A stretch of 64,000 nucleotides of DNA, taken from Eledone cirrhosa. Taxonomy: Eukaryota. Positions 27,089-41,604 of this stretch are shown piece by piece; the first letter of the stretch is position 1, and each line of letters opens with the position of its first letter. The stretch spans positions 80,910,001 to 80,974,000 of the forward strand of contig OZ024741.1 in NCBI GenBank assembly GCA_964016885.1, read 5' to 3'. A program made the position numbers and the translations under genes. Below the pieces are notes generated by a model. The model saw only the letters and a list, made by a program, of their open reading frames with translations, had not been told where the DNA came from and did not search any database.

Positions 27089-28280
27089 TAAGAATATTTA
27101 TATTTATATATGCTTGATACAACTATAAATATGTAGGGTAGTACTAAGTACTAGCCGGTTACCGGTATGACAAAAGGCTCAATGCAAATTTTCAAGCGTT
27201 TTACAGAGCCGAGATACAAAGTGTTAAAACGATCAAATTTTAGCTTAGAACATTTATTTGCTGACAATTGTTTCTTCCAGAGAGAAGTCTGGGATCATCG
27301 GAGTATAAGGAATGTCGAAATATGTAACTAAAATCCTAGTCATTTAGAACATTTAGGGTACATAATTGTTGTTAGTGTCATAAGTAACATGTGGAGAGTC
27401 AGGAGTTAAAAAGATGTTCTGCTTGAAAGAACACAATTAAATGCAGCACTGGTTGGAAGTGTAAGATGTATAAGCGAAAATCACAAGCAAAAAAATACAG
27501 GCAAAAAAAAGTTACAAGCAAGGGAAATTGGTGTACAATGCAGGAGTCAATACAGTCAATAAGGCATGTATGAAGAAAGAGTTATAATGCAGTTGAAATA
27601 AACATATGTTGTGTGGGGTGTTAAAGGATGTTATAATTGTTATAAATGTTTAAGATAGTGTGCAAATTGTTAGAGTGGCATGTGGTGATAATGCAGGTAT
27701 TTGTTATGTAAGGTGTAATGCAAAGCACGTGATATAGAGTTGGATATGTGATTTTCATACAAGTGTTTTTGTGTTGTAGTTCGTATGTATATGTTGTTTG
27801 TAACTCACAGCTATTGACCATGGGATTATTTTGAGTCGTTTATAGTCAATAGGTGTTTGTTTGTTAAATGTAAATTCCACCGAATTACTGGCCATGTTGT
27901 TATTGTAGGTATATTATCTTATACATTTTTTATCTACAAATTATCTTTACTATGGTTTGTATTAACTGTTATTAAGCTGTTGGTAAACCGTTAGGTTGCT
28001 TAATTTTATGAGTTTACACAGGAAGTTGTAAAGGGGGCTAATAACAAAGGGAGGTAATTAAGGTTGTTGATAAATTAAGGTTGTTTTAATATTGTAGTAG
28101 TGTTATAAATTAATCTTTATAGAGTATATAAAATATTATTGGTTATATAATTGTTATCTTTTAAGCTTGTGTGGAGGGAGTTAAAAACATTTTTTTTATT
28201 ATTTTATTATTTTATTATAACTAGATAGTTTTTACATAGTTAGTATATGTATATATAATATAAGATATATATATGTGTGA

Positions 28281-28360
<80 letters not shown>

Positions 28361-28606
28361 ACTGTATATATACAGATTGTGTAGAGAGAGTTGAAGTTTT
28401 TTATGACAGGATAGTGAGTTGCATAATATATACTGGAGTAATTGGTGTTATATACACAGTTGTCTGCTATTTAGTTGGTGTCGTATATTGAGATTATATT
28501 AGAGTGTCTATATTATTTAAATATTTTAATTGTATAAGGTAAGAGATCAAACAAGGAGTTTATTAACTGTATGTAGGTTAGTGTGGTCTTTTAATCAGGG
28601 GAGATA

Positions 28607-28651
28607 AGCTGACAGAGCTCTGTTTCGTACTTGTTGGTACTTATCAAAGCT
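28607..28651 (-). ncRNA. Type-I HHR with U3-A8 core
   Basis: AGCT TTGATAA GTAC CAACAA GTAC GAAA CAGAGCTCTG TC AGCT: all three stems pair, GUC site. Confidence 0.75.
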
Positions 28652-28754
28652 CACCACTCCTCCTGTTTGCCGAAAATTATGAATGTTGGATTCTTATAGA
28701 ATTCCAGTAATAATCAGGAACTGATTATACAGAGCGGTTGCCGGTCCAGCAACA

Positions 28755-29120
28755 ATTGAAAATTAGAATTGGTGCTCTGAAATAGCGATATATATATGAA
28801 TGTATATATAGTGTATTTTGCAATACACTGTATGCTTAATTAAAAGCATTTTGAAGACCTTACGCTATTGTTTTAAAGTAGCGACAATGTCACTTACTTC
28901 AATTTTCAACAAGCTGAAAAATACACTATATATACGTTCATATATATATCGCTATTTCAGAGCACCAATGCTAATTTTCAATTTTTATCTCCCCTGTTTG
29001 CTGAAAATTGAAGTAAGTGACATTGTTGCTACTTTAAAACAATAGCGTAAGGTCTTCAAAATGCTTTTAATTAAGCATATAGTGTATTGTAAAATACACT
29101 ATATATACATTCATATATAT
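28755..29120. repeat. Complex inverted duplication of PLE-end sequence (family of 2925-3054)
   Basis: 28790-28910 vs 29000-29120 and 28755-28820 vs 28917-28983 are reverse complements. Confidence 0.7.
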
Positions 29121-29125
29121 ATATA

Positions 29126-30133
<1,008 letters not shown>

Positions 30134-30154
30134 TGTGTGTGTGTGTGTGTGTGT

Positions 30155-30354
30155 GTAAATATATACTGTATACATCTCTGTCAATGTGTCGAACGGTTGA
30201 AAATATATAGTATTTTCTTAAGTATATATCGGCTGAGTAACCTCATTTGCATACCGAGCGAGTTGTGGCTGGTTTTTAAGAGTATTAAAATTAAAAATAA
30301 GAATTTCATTTCTCGCCTCTAGCACAGCTGATACATAAAAGTAAATATGCATGC

Positions 30355-30407
<53 letters not shown>

Positions 30408-30530
30408 TATATACATATACATGTGTACGTATGGGTTATACCGAACATTAACAATAATGTTCGATTTTATTTTTACATTATTATTAATGTTCGATATAAT
30501 CCATACGTACATATGTATATGTATATATAT
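30155..30530. mobile_element. PLE-like end: hairpin 30405-30530 with tail 30155-30357 on minus strand; another tail copy at 32828-33025 (+)
   Basis: GTACGTATGGGTTATACCGAACATT / AATGTTCGATATAATCCATACGTAC; related to 4331-4760 and 38851-38880. Confidence 0.55.
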
Positions 30531-30553
30531 ATGTGTCTGTGTATATATATATG

Positions 30554-30593
<40 letters not shown>

Positions 30594-30598
<5 letters not shown>

Positions 30599-31150
30599 AA
30601 AGAAGAAACATTAGACATAAATAAAAAAATATAAATACCCAATATTCCTCTACATTCTCGACTGTACAGTTTCACGGCTACTTTGCAAAAACACTACATC
30701 ATAGAGATGTATATTTTTGTGAGGTTTTCCAGCTTATCAAGAGAATACCTCATTTATTTTTCTCTTGGTTGTAAGAGGCTTAACTCTGTTTCTTGACTGC
30801 TGTATCATGTGATAAGTCCCCCCTCCGCCTTTCCGGGATTCTCTATCACGCCTTGCGGACGTGTTCTGAAATTTTAAATGAGGTATTCTCTTGATAAGCT
30901 GGCAAACCTCACAAAAATACTAACATCTCTATGATATAGTGTTTTTGAAAAGTAGCCGCGAAACTGTACAGTTGAGAATGTAAAGGAATATTGGGTATTT
31001 ATATTTTTTTTATTTATGTCTAATGTTTCTTCTTTCTTTATAATGTATTATATAGCTCTGATATGGATTCAATCTAATTCATTCAGATTATTTTCTCCCT
31101 ATTAATCATAGAGCAGCAATGGTTAAGGTTGGCACCACACAAATTCAGGA
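30594..31150. mobile_element. PLE pLTR hairpin (arms 30594-30755 / 30876-31040, tail to ~31150) with a U3-A8 HHR in each arm
   Basis: ATTCTC TTGATAA GCTGGC..long insert..GCCGC GAAA CTGTACAG TT GAGAAT at 30885-30979; mirror copy has a GUC site. Confidence 0.8.
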
Positions 31151-31222
31151 ATATATGTGTGTATATGCAAGTATATGTATGTATTCATTCGCATGTATCT
31201 GTGTATTTCTTTATATATATAT

Positions 31223-31366
<144 letters not shown>

Positions 31367-31591
31367 TTGAAGACTAAAATCCAAAGAGGGCTCGATAAGG
31401 ATAAATATATATCAAATATATAAGAACCGTAGAGCAAATATTTATTAAAATAACAGATTAAAGTTTAAGCAAAGAATCGCTGCTTTCACCCTTAACGGGA
31501 TCTTCTGAAACTAACAAAGTCAATCTGTAAACGCAGAAGTGGATATTTCAAAAAACGTTGCAACCGGAGGAAGAAAGGAAGACGATACTTT

Positions 31592-31873
31592 GGTTCATGG
31601 AAACGTTCCCTGGCAAAGAACGGGAAAAAACGAATATAATACGTCATTAATAGGAGCGGTGAAAAACAATTACGCGCAAAGACAGAACCGCGTTTATGGT
31701 ATAAAAGAGGTCGTAAACTAATGTTCTCTTAGGTGGTTCATAGAGACGTTCTCTGGCAATGAACGAAAAAAAAAACAAAAAAAACGAAGATAATACGTCA
31801 TATGTGGAGCGTGGAGAACAATTGCACGCAAAGACAAAACCATGTAAATGGTATAGCAGAAGTCGTAGACTAA
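31592..31873. repeat. Diverged ~140-bp tandem duplication
   Basis: GGTTCAT.GA.ACGTTC.CTGGCAA.GAACG...GTCGTA.ACTAA at 31592 and 31735. Confidence 0.75.
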
Positions 31874-32587
31874 AATTCTAACTAGGAGACCGAATGAATC
31901 TCCGCTTCAGAGTTAAGAACAAAGTAAATAAATACAATACAGAGGTAATAGAAATTAAATAAATACATACACGCATACAAATACGTACATACACCAGCAT
32001 ACGCGAAAACACTTACCATAGGTATCCAAAACCACGCACATATAAATATGTGTGTGTGTGTATGCGTGTATACAAATAAATAAATAATTAAATGTATATA
32101 AATAAATAAATACGTATATAACAAGCGCATACACATACCTACATGTAAATACACAAATGTTCGGAGACGTAAGTTAACCAAAACATGAAGTACACATATA
32201 CACACACCCTACATATATATATATTTATATTTATAAATATATTTATAAATATATTTATATTTATAAATATATATATATTTATTAACCTGCCATTGAACCA
32301 CATTGGCATATGGTTGGACAATACATGTGTCCCTAAGCGCCTTGTGCGTGTAGGGATATATACTTTATTATTATTATTTTCCTCTCGGTCGAGAAAAAAA
32401 TTTTGTCGTTCTGACTGCTGCTAGTTATAGCGGGAGTAGACTGACCTCCCTGCCTCTGCTTCTATCTTTACACACGGCACTGGACAGAATTGCTTCCACT
32501 TCATTTATTCTCATCTCGGGAACAATTTTGAATAGCGCCTGTTCGTAATTTGAACTCGGGAATTTTATATTCTCCGAGTGAAAAGAT

Positions 32588-32671
32588 CCTTCTGACGAGA
32601 GTTTATCTTTGCAATGGATGCCGTAAGGACTGTCCGTTTATTTTTGAGACTCGAAACCGATTCGGTAAAGG
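32588..32671 (+). ncRNA. Type-I HHR with extended stem II, intact core
   Basis: CCTT CTGACGA GAGTTT..(~40 nt)..AGACTC GAAA CCGATTCGG TA AAGG. Confidence 0.75.
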
Positions 32672-32739
32672 TAACCATAGTAAGTAAAGTTTATTTTAAA
32701 AAATTTATTTTGAAACTTTTTCTTATTTGCTAAACCTTG

Positions 32740-32777
<38 letters not shown>

Positions 32778-32778
32778 A

Positions 32779-32830
<52 letters not shown>

Positions 32831-33018
32831 GTATGCATATTTACTTTTATGTATCAGCTGTGCTAGAGCGAGAAATGAAATTCTTATTCTTTAATACTTG
32901 TAAAAACCACCCACAACTCGCTCGGTATGCAAATGAGGTTACTCAGCCGATATATACTTAAGAAAATACTATATATTTTCAACCGTTTGACACATTGGCA
33001 GAGATGTATACAGTATAT

Positions 33019-33147
<129 letters not shown>

Positions 33148-33504
33148 CATACATATATATATGTAAGTATGCGTGTTTGTGTGTGTGTGTGCCAACAAAA
33201 TACGCACATGCACCTCTACTTTTCTCTTCACAGTTCTGTATACACGCACACACACACACCCTTGTATGCCATTCCGTTTGCTTCGTACTTACAAGCACAC
33301 ACACACGTTTATGCACACGTATAGCTCTATATACAAAAGGCCTTTTTTTTCCACTTTTCTAAAAAAAGTATATCATACAAAAAAAGCCACCATTCTCAGT
33401 TCTCCAAAAGATGTCAACACGAATGGACCTGTTATTTTTCTCTAAAAACATATTTTCCGATTCCGCCCCACCCGTCTCTCCAATCTTTCTAATTTCTCAT
33501 TCTT

Positions 33505-33540
33505 TCTTCTGATGAAGGACAAGCGTCCGAAACGTTAAAA
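33505..33540 (+). ncRNA. Minimal type-I HHR, family A, inside solo pLTR ~33330-33625
   Basis: TCTT CTGATGA A GGAC AAGC GTCC GAAA CG TT AAAA. Confidence 0.7.
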
Positions 33541-33621
33541 CCCTGTTCCTTTTATTTCAAGCGTTAACCTAATATATCCCTTTCATATACTGTACCAATT
33601 ATGTTGTTATTTCTGTTTACC

Positions 33622-33662
<41 letters not shown>

Positions 33663-33706
33663 TATATACAGAAGGGGTTAACCGAACAAGTATGTGCGGA
33701 CCACAT

Positions 33707-33895
33707 AATTGTTTCTACTTTTGGCACAAGGCCAGCCATTACCCAGTGCATTACTGGTATTTTATTTTATCGACCCCGTAAGGATGAAAGGTAAAGTTAA
33801 CCTCGGCGGGATTTGAACTCAGAATGGCAAGGGCCGTAACTCTATGCGTCAAAGCATGGCGTCCGACCCTCTACCGATACTGCCAATTCACCGCC
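33707..33895 (-). mobile_element. tRNA-derived SINE (main family)
   Basis: Reverse complement of the 4852/55838 type. Confidence 0.85.
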
Positions 33896-34091
33896 ACATA
33901 ATGATCATTTGAGAAGTAGATAAAAGAAAGCACTCAACGATATGTATAGAAGTGTAAGCCGGAGCATTATATATCAATAAAATATCCGGCTGTCATACCA
34001 GATAGTTATCAGCAAAATATACATTACTGATTTTAATACTAAATGAATATGGCCTCGGATATTTCATTGATATATATATTATATATATATA

Positions 34092-34136
<45 letters not shown>

Positions 34137-34138
<2 letters not shown>

Positions 34139-34574
34139 AAAGTTCTATTTAAATTGTTGGGATACAACAAGCAAATATTTTTATAACTGATATAAAGCAC
34201 TCGACAAATATTTGGAGTAGATAATAATAAATGGAAACTATATTTATAAAACCATATTTATTTCATTATATATATTTCAAGGATACCAAGTTAAATTATG
34301 GTATGCCTTCATCAGATAAAATACAATATATAACAGTTTTATAAATAGACATTGACGTACCCTTTTAAAAAGTGACCGTTGCTTTTAAGACTATCCTGAT
34401 GGCCTCCAAAAGCAACGGTCACTTTTTAAAAGGGTACGTCAATGTCTATTTATAAAACTGTTATATATTGTATTTTGTCTGATGAAGGCATACCATAATT
34501 TAACTTGGTATCCTTGAAATATATATAATGAAATAAATATGGTTTTATAAATATAGTTTCCATTTATTAATATC

Positions 34575-34577
<3 letters not shown>
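34137..34577. mobile_element. PLE pLTR hairpin (arms 34227-34386 / 34408-34567, tail on minus strand), family of 9576/12125
   Basis: Near-identical arms, each with CTGATGA AGG CATACCA..TGGTAT CCTT GAAA TATATA TA ATGAAATA. Confidence 0.82.
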
Positions 34578-34627
<50 letters not shown>

Positions 34628-34741
34628 TTTTGCGAGGTTTTAAAAAAATTTTTTTTTTTTATATGAAATCGTGTGTCGAAACAAATATTGTTATACTTGG
34701 GGAGGGTCACCAACACGAGCGAAATTGCACAACAAACACAC

Positions 34742-36754
34742 GATGGGAGAGAGAAAATCCTCAACGCTCACATGATGATGTGAACTGACATCTTAAAGCC
34801 AAGCAGACGCACTGCCAACAACTTCCAGGCGTCTAACAATGGCATACCACCCTTGTATGGGCTCCGCAAAGACCACAAGACAGTCGACGACCCGACAACA
34901 GGACCACCAACAAGACCCGTATGCGGAGCTAATATAGCTAGTAACTACAGGATCTCCTACTTCCTCTCAATGGTTATACGCCCCATAATCAAGATGTCCC
35001 CAGATGTATGTGACAGTACAGAGGACCTCCTCAGCAGAATTAGTGAGTGCAACAAAAACAGGAACCTATTCAACTGCATAATAGGCAGCATGGATGTGGT
35101 GTCACTGTACCCATCCATTAACATTGATTTTGCTGTGAAAAGATGTGTGGAGATGATCATTGAGAGTGAGGTGGAGTTCTGCGACGTCGACACAGACGAA
35201 CTGGGCCTCCTACTTAGACTTACCTACGACACTGACTACCTAGACAACCATGACCTTAAACGTTTCTGCCCTAGTAGACCCATAAGAGGTAGACCCCCCA
35301 CCATAACCTCAATGGCAAAAAAGACTCCCATGGGAAGGTGGATTGGGTGGACCAAAGCTATACGGACCCCCCAAAACAATGATCAGGTAAGAAAAATGGT
35401 CGCACATGCAATAGGGGCTAGTATCAAAACTACCCTAAAGGGCCACATATTTAAGTTCAACGAGAAGATCTACACCCAAAATGAGGGAGCAGCCATTGGC
35501 GTCAGCATAGCTGGTGATGTTGCCAACCTTTTGTATGGTATGGTGGGAAAGGAGACTTAAAGATCTCCTTAATGAGAGCTCCATAGACCTCATCATGTAC
35601 TCTCGTTATGTAGACGATATCAATATAGTTATAAGAACATCCCCACTAGAGAGCACTAACAAGTTTGATTTAGAACGCAGCACAATGGAAAGCATCCAGC
35701 AGATAGCTAATTCCATACACCAGAGTATAACTGTAACTATCGACTTCCCTTCCAAACACCCGAACAATAGACTACCTGTATTAGACACAGAACTCTGGAT
35801 TAACACTATAGACGAGAGAGCCCGAATTCTCCACTCACACTATGCTAAACTCATGGCCTCCAAATACCTGATACTCAAAAACTCAGCAATGTCCAGTAGT
35901 GCTAAGTTTAATATTCTGATCGCAGATTTGGTACGAATGTGTCCCGCATGTGCGACCCAACAGAAATGGAAAGACACATCCAACACTTCATCAACCGCAT
36001 GCAGTTCTCTGGCTACAACCAAAGAGACAGAGTCAGAGTATACGAAGGAGCCATGGAGAAGTATAAGACCCTCATAGAACTGGACATGAAAGGAATTTGC
36101 CCATTATACAGGAGCAAATCATGGAATAGCTTAGATAGGGTTAGACATAAGATAGGGAAAGCCACCTCATGGTACGACAACCAGAGATACCAGAGTGTCA
36201 TGTTTGTGGACGCTACCACTGGAGGGAAATTAGCTAACCAGTGTAGAAAGGCCCTGAGAAAGACCCACTTAAAAATTAAGGTGGTAGAAAAGCCAGGAAC
36301 CACCATAAAATCCCTGATCAGCAAAACCTACCCTTTTAAGAAAACCCACTGTACCAATAGGAAATGTATCATATGTAAGGTAAACTCCCGGATAAACTGT
36401 AAAACTAGAAACGTAGTCTATAGCATAAGATGTACAGAGGGTACTTGCAGAAACATGACAACAACATACATAGGTGAGACAGCTCGTAGCATAGGTGAAA
36501 GGATAGACCAACACTGGGGGGAACTAAAAGGACGAAAAAACGGGTCAGTACTATACGAACATGCTAGACAACAACATGACGGTAACATAGACAACATAAA
36601 AATTAGAATAATATCTAAACATAGAAATGACCCAGCAGATAGACAAATCAGAGAGGCCAGTGAAATAGAAATTAGAAGACCAAAACTAAACAGAAAGAAT
36701 GAATGGAATAACAACAACACCCAAACAAACAACACTGGCCTAAGAGAAGTATAA
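34742..36754 (+). pseudogene. PLE reverse transcriptase + GIY-YIG endonuclease, two frameshifts and one stop
   Basis: LYGLRKDHK, TRPVCGA, SMDVVSLYPSI, QNEGAAIG, RYVDDI, LPVLDTELW, VVYSIRC..YIGETARS (ORFs 34853, 35514, 35939). Confidence 0.92.
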
Positions 36755-36845
36755 ATAAGTAAATAAAATAAAATAAATAAATAAATATATAGACAGACTG
36801 AATAAAAATGGCGTAGACATACAATGCAACGGGAGGAAACGATAG

Positions 36846-36889
36846 CACCACTGACGATGTTGCAGATGTGCAACGAAAGATTTATGATA
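36846..36889 (+). ncRNA. Minimal HHR in 3' region of the Naiad-like PLE
   Basis: CTGACGA T GTTGCA GATG TGCAAC GAAA GATT TA; stem I weak; paralog on minus at ~56540-56580. Confidence 0.6.
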
Positions 36890-37089
36890 AACTATATATA
36901 TGTGTTTGTGTCTATATTGTATCTGTATTATTTTTGACCGTCGGTCAGTCAATGGCAACATTGAGGACCGAGTAAGTTAGATTACCGATATAAAAGACAC
37001 AGAAGCGAGAAGCGAAAACCAACCAAACAGTGAGTGTGTTCTGTTATTAATTCTGGCAATATTACACAAATATGACCCTCTCCAAGTAT

Positions 37090-37121
<32 letters not shown>

Positions 37122-37156
37122 GAAGAAATTAAAAGATGGTTAAAAAATTCCATATA

Positions 37157-37215
37157 TTTTATTATGCGCATTTCGAAAATCCTGGGACAAAAATTGTGTT
37201 CTCATCAGATAAAAT
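37157..37215 (-). ncRNA. Type-I HHR, intact core (family of 801-1213), in pLTR 37120-37250
   Basis: TTTTAT CTGATGA GAA...TTC GAAA TGCGCA TA ATAAAA. Confidence 0.7.
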
Positions 37216-38625
37216 AAGGTAACATGATATGAGGCCTAAAAACACTTGTCATGAAGAAAGTGCAAAGTCTACATATGACAGAAATATAAGAGTAAGAAAA
37301 AGATAGAAAAATAGAAGAAAAGGAAAGAAGAAGGAGAAAAAGGAAAAAGAAAGAGAAGAGAGGAAAAAGGAAAGAAGGAAGAGAGAGAAAGAGAAAGAGA
37401 GAGACTTTTGATCAGGAACGCTGACAAAATGAAACAAGCTGTAAATAACGGTTAAAAAGTAAATTGATGAGGTGTATGTGCGAATATTATAGATGGTATT
37501 CAAATATTAGAGGTCTAAAATATAGAAACTGGGTATATTATTTTATATTGGGTTTAAATACTAAAAATTGGATTAAGAAGTGTAAAAATGTATTAATAAA
37601 ATAAAATAAAATTAAATTAAAATAAGTATAAAAAAGGTTTTTATAAAATAAAATAAAAAAAATAAAAATAGTCTATCTATGTCAAAATTAAAAATTTCTA
37701 TTAAAAATCAATATATGTGGGGTATACTATTTCATTATTATTTTATATCAACAAGTAAATAAAGGAAATTGCTAGAATGATTTATAAACGTAGAAAAATC
37801 TTCGTTTGTCGAGAAGTGATGAATTGTCCCAAATAATGCAGAAATCCGCTGAAGAAAGAAAAAAGAAAAGAAATCCTTTCATGTATAAATCTAGATAAGT
37901 GCACTCCTGCACAGCTGTACCTTACTATTTGTTGCATCTCTTAATTCACTTTATTTTCCCATGTTCTTCTTACCCAACCCATCAGATACACAGAATAAAG
38001 TCAATTTTTGTAAAATCTGCGTCCCAATAAGAAACGGGAGATGAGGCATGGGGTGAACATCGTCTGACATGGAATAAAAACAAAATTGTAAGAAAGGCAT
38101 TCTATGGTGAAAATTGCCTGACACCGACGGGCTACTCTACTAGTATGTATATTTTGAATTTACCCGCCAAAAACTGGGGGTTACTTCCCTTGTTGGAAAT
38201 AACACGTGACAGTGAAACACAGGTCTGCCAACGATAGCAGTTCAGTGTTTCAGTCCACACCGGCTTGAGGCATAGAACGAAATTTCCTGTTCATAACGTG
38301 AAATCCTCTGTTCGATCATGGAATACCACAGGCTTACACATTATGTAAGCTGGATGGATGATTTCGAATTCATAGAAACCTATCGAATGTATTGCAAAAT
38401 ATCGTTCGATATGGCCAGGTCAGTCGTCTAACCTGATTAGTTTTTTTGTTGTTTTTGGTATTGTGTGGCTAGGTCTGCCTGCCGCAATTTTCAATTTGTC
38501 AAGCTGTCTAAACGTATGTTATTACTTTAAGGGCCTAGCTTATTGAGTGCTTTGCTGCTCTTTCCTAATTGTATGTCGTTAGCTTGGCCATAGCCAAAGC
38601 TTCGATTTTACTAAGCTTCCACTTG

Positions 38626-38669
<44 letters not shown>

Positions 38670-38742
38670 TGTGTGTGTGTGTATTTTAAGTATGCACACG
38701 TACACACATATATATATATATATGCACACACATACACACATA

Positions 38743-38855
<113 letters not shown>

Positions 38856-39083
38856 GTTATACCGAACATTACGAATAATGTTCTATTTGCTTGTAAACAA
38901 ACTGTCCGATTTGAAGCTGTGCCGTGCCGGTGACCGATCGTCACCTGTTTGTTCAACATTGGCTTTGAGGAGCAATCAACATGTTTCTGGGTCATTAGCT
39001 TTTTACCATCCTAGTAAGGTGAAACAATTGTTCCCGGTATGATGAACTAACTGTTGTGTTACTACTTCTATATATATATATAC

Positions 39084-39166
<83 letters not shown>

Positions 39167-39217
39167 GCCTCTTCATATAAATATATATATACACACATTT
39201 ATATATATATATATATA

Positions 39218-39383
39218 TAGGAACGAGTAGGACCCCGACGGCTGAGCTCAAGCCGTTTCGTCGAAACGGCTTGAGCTCAGCCGTCGGGGTCCTACTCGTT
39301 CCTATTACCCACTCTACTACCCTAAGTATTGAGTACTTTGCTGCGTTATGGTCCACCTGGTTCCTTACCACATTTCCTTCGCT
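39218..39383. mobile_element. Family B palindrome (39218-39304, 1-nt apex) with tail
   Basis: TAGGAACGAG...GTTTCG T CGAAAC...CTCGTTCCTA then TTACCCACTC.. Confidence 0.8.
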
Positions 39384-39437
39384 ATATATATAAATATATA
39401 TATATATATAATATATATATGTATATATATATATATA

Positions 39438-40830
39438 TAGGAAAAAATATGACCCTGACAGCAGAGCTCAAGCCGTTTCGACGGCTAATTCCGGACTAAA
39501 TAAGAATTTTTAGCCCGGTAAATAAATAGCCGAACTTTTCAGGGGGTAATTCCTATTATGCGAAGATAGTAATTGTCAAAAGTATTGGTCAAAAATTTGT
39601 TGTAAAGACAGATGATTCTATCATGGCATTTGGTGGGAGGTAGGGGTAGCTGAACTTGCCGGTAGAACATAGGGGGAGTGGGGGAAACCCAGTCAAGCAT
39701 TGAAAGTGAAATCTATACAGCAGATTCTAAGGATAGTGTATAGAAGGTCGACAAAAGTGTACTGGAGAGGATGAGGGGGGCGGGGGTTGAAAGAATAGGT
39801 AAATCGAAAGGGAGTAAACAAAAAAACCCTTATAAAAATAAGGAAATAAATATATAAAAAAAACAATATAAAAAACAATTTCTGGTTACTACTCCATTTC
39901 CACAATCACCAAATCTCTCATTGGTATTGCTAAGCTATAGAGAAGTTTAATAGGTGGAGAAAAATACTAAATACGAGATTGTAGTGAGAGAATTTTATAA
40001 AGCCGGCTTTACAGGGGTCTAACACCACTGCTATAGTTAGTTAGTAATAAGCCAATGCTATCTTACAATGACAGGTTAATAAGTTGAGAACAAAAATATT
40101 AAATTACTACTACAAAAATACTAATACGAAATATTAATTCAGAATACTAATACAGAAATACTAATACAAGAATACTAATACAAAAATACCACTAAGAAAT
40201 TTAGAAATCACAGAAATGGAGCAGCAACCAGAAAGAAAACAATTTACTGGGGTCTAACACATCTGCTATAAAAAGCGTAATGGTGATTGTGGAAATGGAG
40301 TAGTAACCAGAAATTGTTTTTTATATTGTTTTTTATATATTTATTTCCTTATTTTTATAAGGATTTTTTTGTTTACTCCCTTTCGATTTACCTATTCTTT
40401 CAACTTCCCTCGCCCCTCCCCTTCTCCAGTACACTTTTGTCGACCTTCTATACACTATCCGTAGAATCTGCTGTATAGATTTCACTTTCAACGCTTGACT
40501 AGGTTTCCCCCACTCCCTCTTTGTTCTACCGGCAAGTTCAGCTACCCCTACCTCCCAACAAATGCCATGATAGAATCATCTGTCTTTACAACAAATTTTT
40601 GACCAATCCTTTTGACAATTACTATCTTCCCATATAAGGAATTACCCCCTGAGAAGTTCGGCTATTTGTTTACCAGGCTAAAAATTCTTATTTAGTTCAG
40701 AATTAGCCGTCGAAACGGCTTGAGCTCTAACGTCGGGGTCATACTTGTTCCTATTACCCACTCTACTACCCCAAGTATTGAGTACTTTGGTGCGTTATGG
40801 TCCATCTGGTTTCTTACCACATTTCCTTCG
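39438..40830. mobile_element. Family B long inverted repeat (arms ~39438-39910 / 40282-40754, tail to 40830) with full-length HHR fold in each arm
   Basis: ~470-bp arms with scattered mismatches; ACCCC CTGAGAAG TTCGGCTA...TAGCCGTC GAAA CGGCT..CG TC GGGGT at 40644-40739. Confidence 0.8.
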
Positions 40831-40883
<53 letters not shown>

Positions 40884-40934
40884 TGATGCAACACTGAATC
40901 CTTGTTCCTTATCCTTATAATATTATATATATAT

Positions 40935-41275
40935 ATGGAGACTATCTTTATAAAACCATATTTATTTTATTATATATATTTCAAGGGTACCTAAATTTTG
41001 GTACGCCCTCATCAGATAAAATATAAAAGTTCTTGTTTTGAACATGTTAATATCTGTAAAACAACTTTTATATTTTATCTGATGAGGGCGTACCAAAATT
41101 TTGGTACCCTTGAAATATATATAATAAAATAAATATGGTTTTATAAAGATAGTTTCCATTTATTAATATTATTGATATTATTGATATTATACTCCAGAAG
41201 AATGCTGTAGAGTGCTTCTAATCTGTTATAAACTAAATTTGTTGAATAACCGACAAATTAAATAACTCATTGCTT
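40935..41275. mobile_element. PLE pLTR hairpin (arms 40935-41030 / 41062-41160) with tail and HHRs
   Basis: TTTTAT CTGATGA GGGC GTACCAAAA TTTTGGTAC CCTT GAAA TATATA TA ATAAAA. Confidence 0.8.
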
Positions 41276-41492
41276 ATATATATATGTTTAATTTACAAAA
41301 AGACTTCATGTTCTAAAAAACATTTAAATATAGACCAACTCGTTTTATCTTAGCGAGTTCATGGGGTGTCTGATGGAGTAAGAATTGGTATGGTCGCAAT
41401 GAGAACACATCTTTCATGGGATACAACAATTTAGTCGTTACTCAGAGAGAGAGAGACACAGAGAGAGAAAGAGAGAGAGAGAGAATGAGAGA

Positions 41493-41536
<44 letters not shown>

Positions 41537-41604
41537 AAGAGAGAGATAGAGAGAGCGAGAGAGAGAAAGAGAGAAAGAAGATATATATGTATATACATAT
41601 AATA

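Larger units (their letters stand above)
34623..37097 (+). mobile_element. 5'-truncated Penelope-like element (Naiad-like, tentative) with a short inverted tail piece (34623-34709) at its 5' end
   Basis: RT + GIY-YIG coding region, 3'UTR with HHR, (TA)n flanks; 34685-34709 is the reverse complement of 37073-37097. Confidence 0.9.

Noticed and set aside
34781-34783. In-frame TGA upstream of the Naiad-like RT as possible selenocysteine
   Set aside because: Context LNAHMMM*TDIL fits a Trp TGG>TGA mutation in a copy that also has frameshifts; no SECIS was recognised.
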